Source: an uncultured Armatimonadales bacterium (GTDB taxonomy: Bacteria > Armatimonadota > Armatimonadia > Armatimonadales > Capsulimonadaceae). From it: a stretch of DNA of 50,669 bases. The notes under the pieces were generated by a model. It was given only the letters and a program-made list of their open reading frames with translations, was not told where the DNA came from and made no database searches. Each line of letters starts with the position of its first letter. The first letter of the stretch is position 1. The position numbers and the translations under genes are program-made. Where the stretch lies: positions 1 to 50,669 of the forward strand of contig CAXSEA010000001.1 in assembly GCA_964235675.1 (NCBI GenBank), given 5' to 3'. This document shows positions 49,409 through 50,669 of the stretch, piece by piece.

Positions 49409-50353
49409 ATGAAGCTTTTGCTAGCTCGCCCTAGAGGATTTTGCGCGGGAGTGGATCGAGCCATCGACGCGGTCGAGCGCGTTCTCGATGCGTTTGGCGC
49501 TCCGGTGTATGTCCGGCACGAGATCGTGCACAACGATGTCGTGGTGGCCGATCTGCGGCGCAAGGGCGCGATCTTTACCGACGATCTCTCCGAAGTGCCC
49601 GAAGGCAGCATTTTGGTGTTTTCGGCGCATGGAGTCGCGCCTGCGGTGCGTGAGGAAGCTAAAACGCGCCATTTGCGCGTAATTGACGCCACTTGCCCTT
49701 TAGTGACGAAGATTCACCTGGAGGTGCATAAATATCTGCGGCGGGGATACGGCATTTTTTATATCGGCCATCGGGGGCATGTCGAGACCGAAGGCACTCT
49801 GGGCGAAGCTCCGGGCAGGCTGCATCTGGTGACGGAAGTGTCCGAAGTCGCGCTGCTGCCGGAGTTGAGCGAAGACAAGCTGACTTATTTGACGCAGACC
49901 ACTCTGAGCGTCGATGAGACCGCCGATATTGTGGAAGCGCTCCGGCGACGCTTTCCGCGCTTGGAGGAGCCGCCGACGGATGATATCTGCTACGCCACGC
50001 AAAACCGGCAGGACGCGATCAAAGTAATCGCGCCGCGCGCCGATGTCGTCTTTGTGGTCGGATCGCAGACGAGTTCCAATACCAAATCGCTGCGCCAGGT
50101 GGCTGAATCCCTGGGGGCGCGCGCTTACCTGGTCGGCGGCCCTGACGACGTCACCCGCGAGATGGTGGCGGGGGCGGAAGTAGTTGGGCTGACCAGCGGA
50201 GCGTCCGCGCCGGAGATGCAGTTCCAGGCGATTTTGCGGCGGCTCCAGAGCCTAGGCGCGAGCGCTATCGAAGAAATTGTTCTGCGGGAAGAGAATATGG
50301 CCTTTGTCGCGCCCCGCGAACTGGCCGCCGTGTTGAGCGTCGTGCAAATCTAG
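49409..50353 (+). CDS. ispH: 4-hydroxy-3-methylbut-2-enyl diphosphate reductase
   Basis: N-terminus 'MKLLLARPRGFCAGVDRAI', plus 'HEIVHN', 'FSAHGV' and 'ATCPLVTK'. The conserved ATG at 49409 is used instead of the track start at 49223. Confidence 0.94.
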   Translation: MKLLLARPRGFCAGVDRAIDAVERVLDAFGAPVYVRHEIVHNDVVVADLRRKGAIFTDDLSEVPEGSILVFSAHGVAPAVREEAKTRHLRVIDATCPLVTKIHLEVHKYLRRGYGIFYIGHRGHVETEGTLGEAPGRLHLVTEVSEVALLPELSEDKLTYLTQTTLSVDETADIVEALRRRFPRLEEPPTDDICYATQNRQDAIKVIAPRADVVFVVGSQTSSNTKSLRQVAESLGARAYLVGGPDDVTREMVAGAEVVGLTSGASAPEMQFQAILRRLQSLGASAIEEIVLREENMAFVAPRELAAVLSVVQI

Positions 50354-50613
50354 TATTTGGCTTTGTTGGCACGCTCCTTGCTTTATAGCTTCAAAGTCCG
50401 CACTTAACTCCTCGAATGCTCCGAATGACGCGTCAATTTCATGCGCGTTTGGAGCAGGCTGGATCGCTTGCGAGTTTTCCCGCGAGTCACTGCAGTTTTT
50501 CGCTGATTTGCGGAAAAACTGAATTATCGCTCGTGTCTGCGAGAAGTGCTTGGCCTTCCCATATCATGCGTCCCTGGCGGCGCGATTATCTTTTCCGGAG
50601 AACGTTACCTTTT

Positions 50614-50669
50614 ATGAACATCTGTGTAATCGGCGTGGGCTATGTTGGTTTGGTAACCGGCGTGGTGTT
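50614..50669 (+). CDS. UDP-glucose/GDP-mannose dehydrogenase family protein, N-terminal fragment (runs off the window)
   Basis: 'MNICVIGVGYVGLVTGVV' is the Rossmann GxGxxG N-terminus typical of Ugd/UDP-sugar dehydrogenases. Only 18 codons are visible. Confidence 0.55.
   Translation, partial: MNICVIGVGYVGLVTGVV

Overview
GC-rich bacterial chromosomal segment made up mostly of core housekeeping genes. No rRNA genes or CRISPR arrays were found; the only tRNA is tRNA-Lys(CUU) and the only mobile element is one IS copy.

Gene content, in order:
- An IS5-family insertion sequence sits at the left edge.
- A conserved minus-strand block follows: proS, rseP, dxr, uppS, frr, pyrH, tsf, rpsB. The usual cdsA between uppS and dxr is missing.
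- Then acpS, an orphan PilB/MshE-type secretion ATPase, ftsH with a small acidic ORF, and a DUF192 gene.
- A sulfate ABC transporter (sbp-cysTWA).
- A tightly packed plus-strand cluster: FAD-oxidase-like, metallophosphoesterase, two GT-C-like membrane proteins, and a polyprenyl-phosphate-type GT2.
- tRNA-Lys(CUU).
- A minus-strand glycan-utilisation operon: DUF4965 glutaminase-like protein, a GH127-like gene, galM.
- pepV, a CDP-alcohol phosphatidyltransferase, and mnmA.
- A SigB-type partner-switching module (STAS, RsbW-like, sigma).
- A dtd-TPR-Kelch operon, an MqnA/MqnD-family gene, DUF1003, and rpe.
- A PASTA/FN3 membrane protein with a kinase-like N-terminus.
- aroC-aroK-aroB, ispH, and the first codons of a UDP-glucose-dehydrogenase-like gene.

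Most noteworthy observations, all sequence-based hypotheses:
1. The PrkC/PknB-syntenic PASTA protein has lost essentially every catalytic kinase motif, so it is a predicted pseudokinase.
2. The RsbW-like anti-sigma factor has lost the N-box Asn and the G1/G2 glycines, so it is predicted kinase-dead. Its STAS partner keeps the phosphorylatable DSTG site.
3. The metallophosphoesterase + 2x GT-C + Ppm1/DPM1-like GT2 cluster looks like an uncharacterised lipid-linked periplasmic glycosylation system.
4. The GH127-like gene is interrupted by a single in-frame TGA.
5. The orphan ATPase carries tandem MshEN-type c-di-GMP-binding motifs.

The many long antisense ORFs in the six-frame track are rejected as high-GC artefacts.
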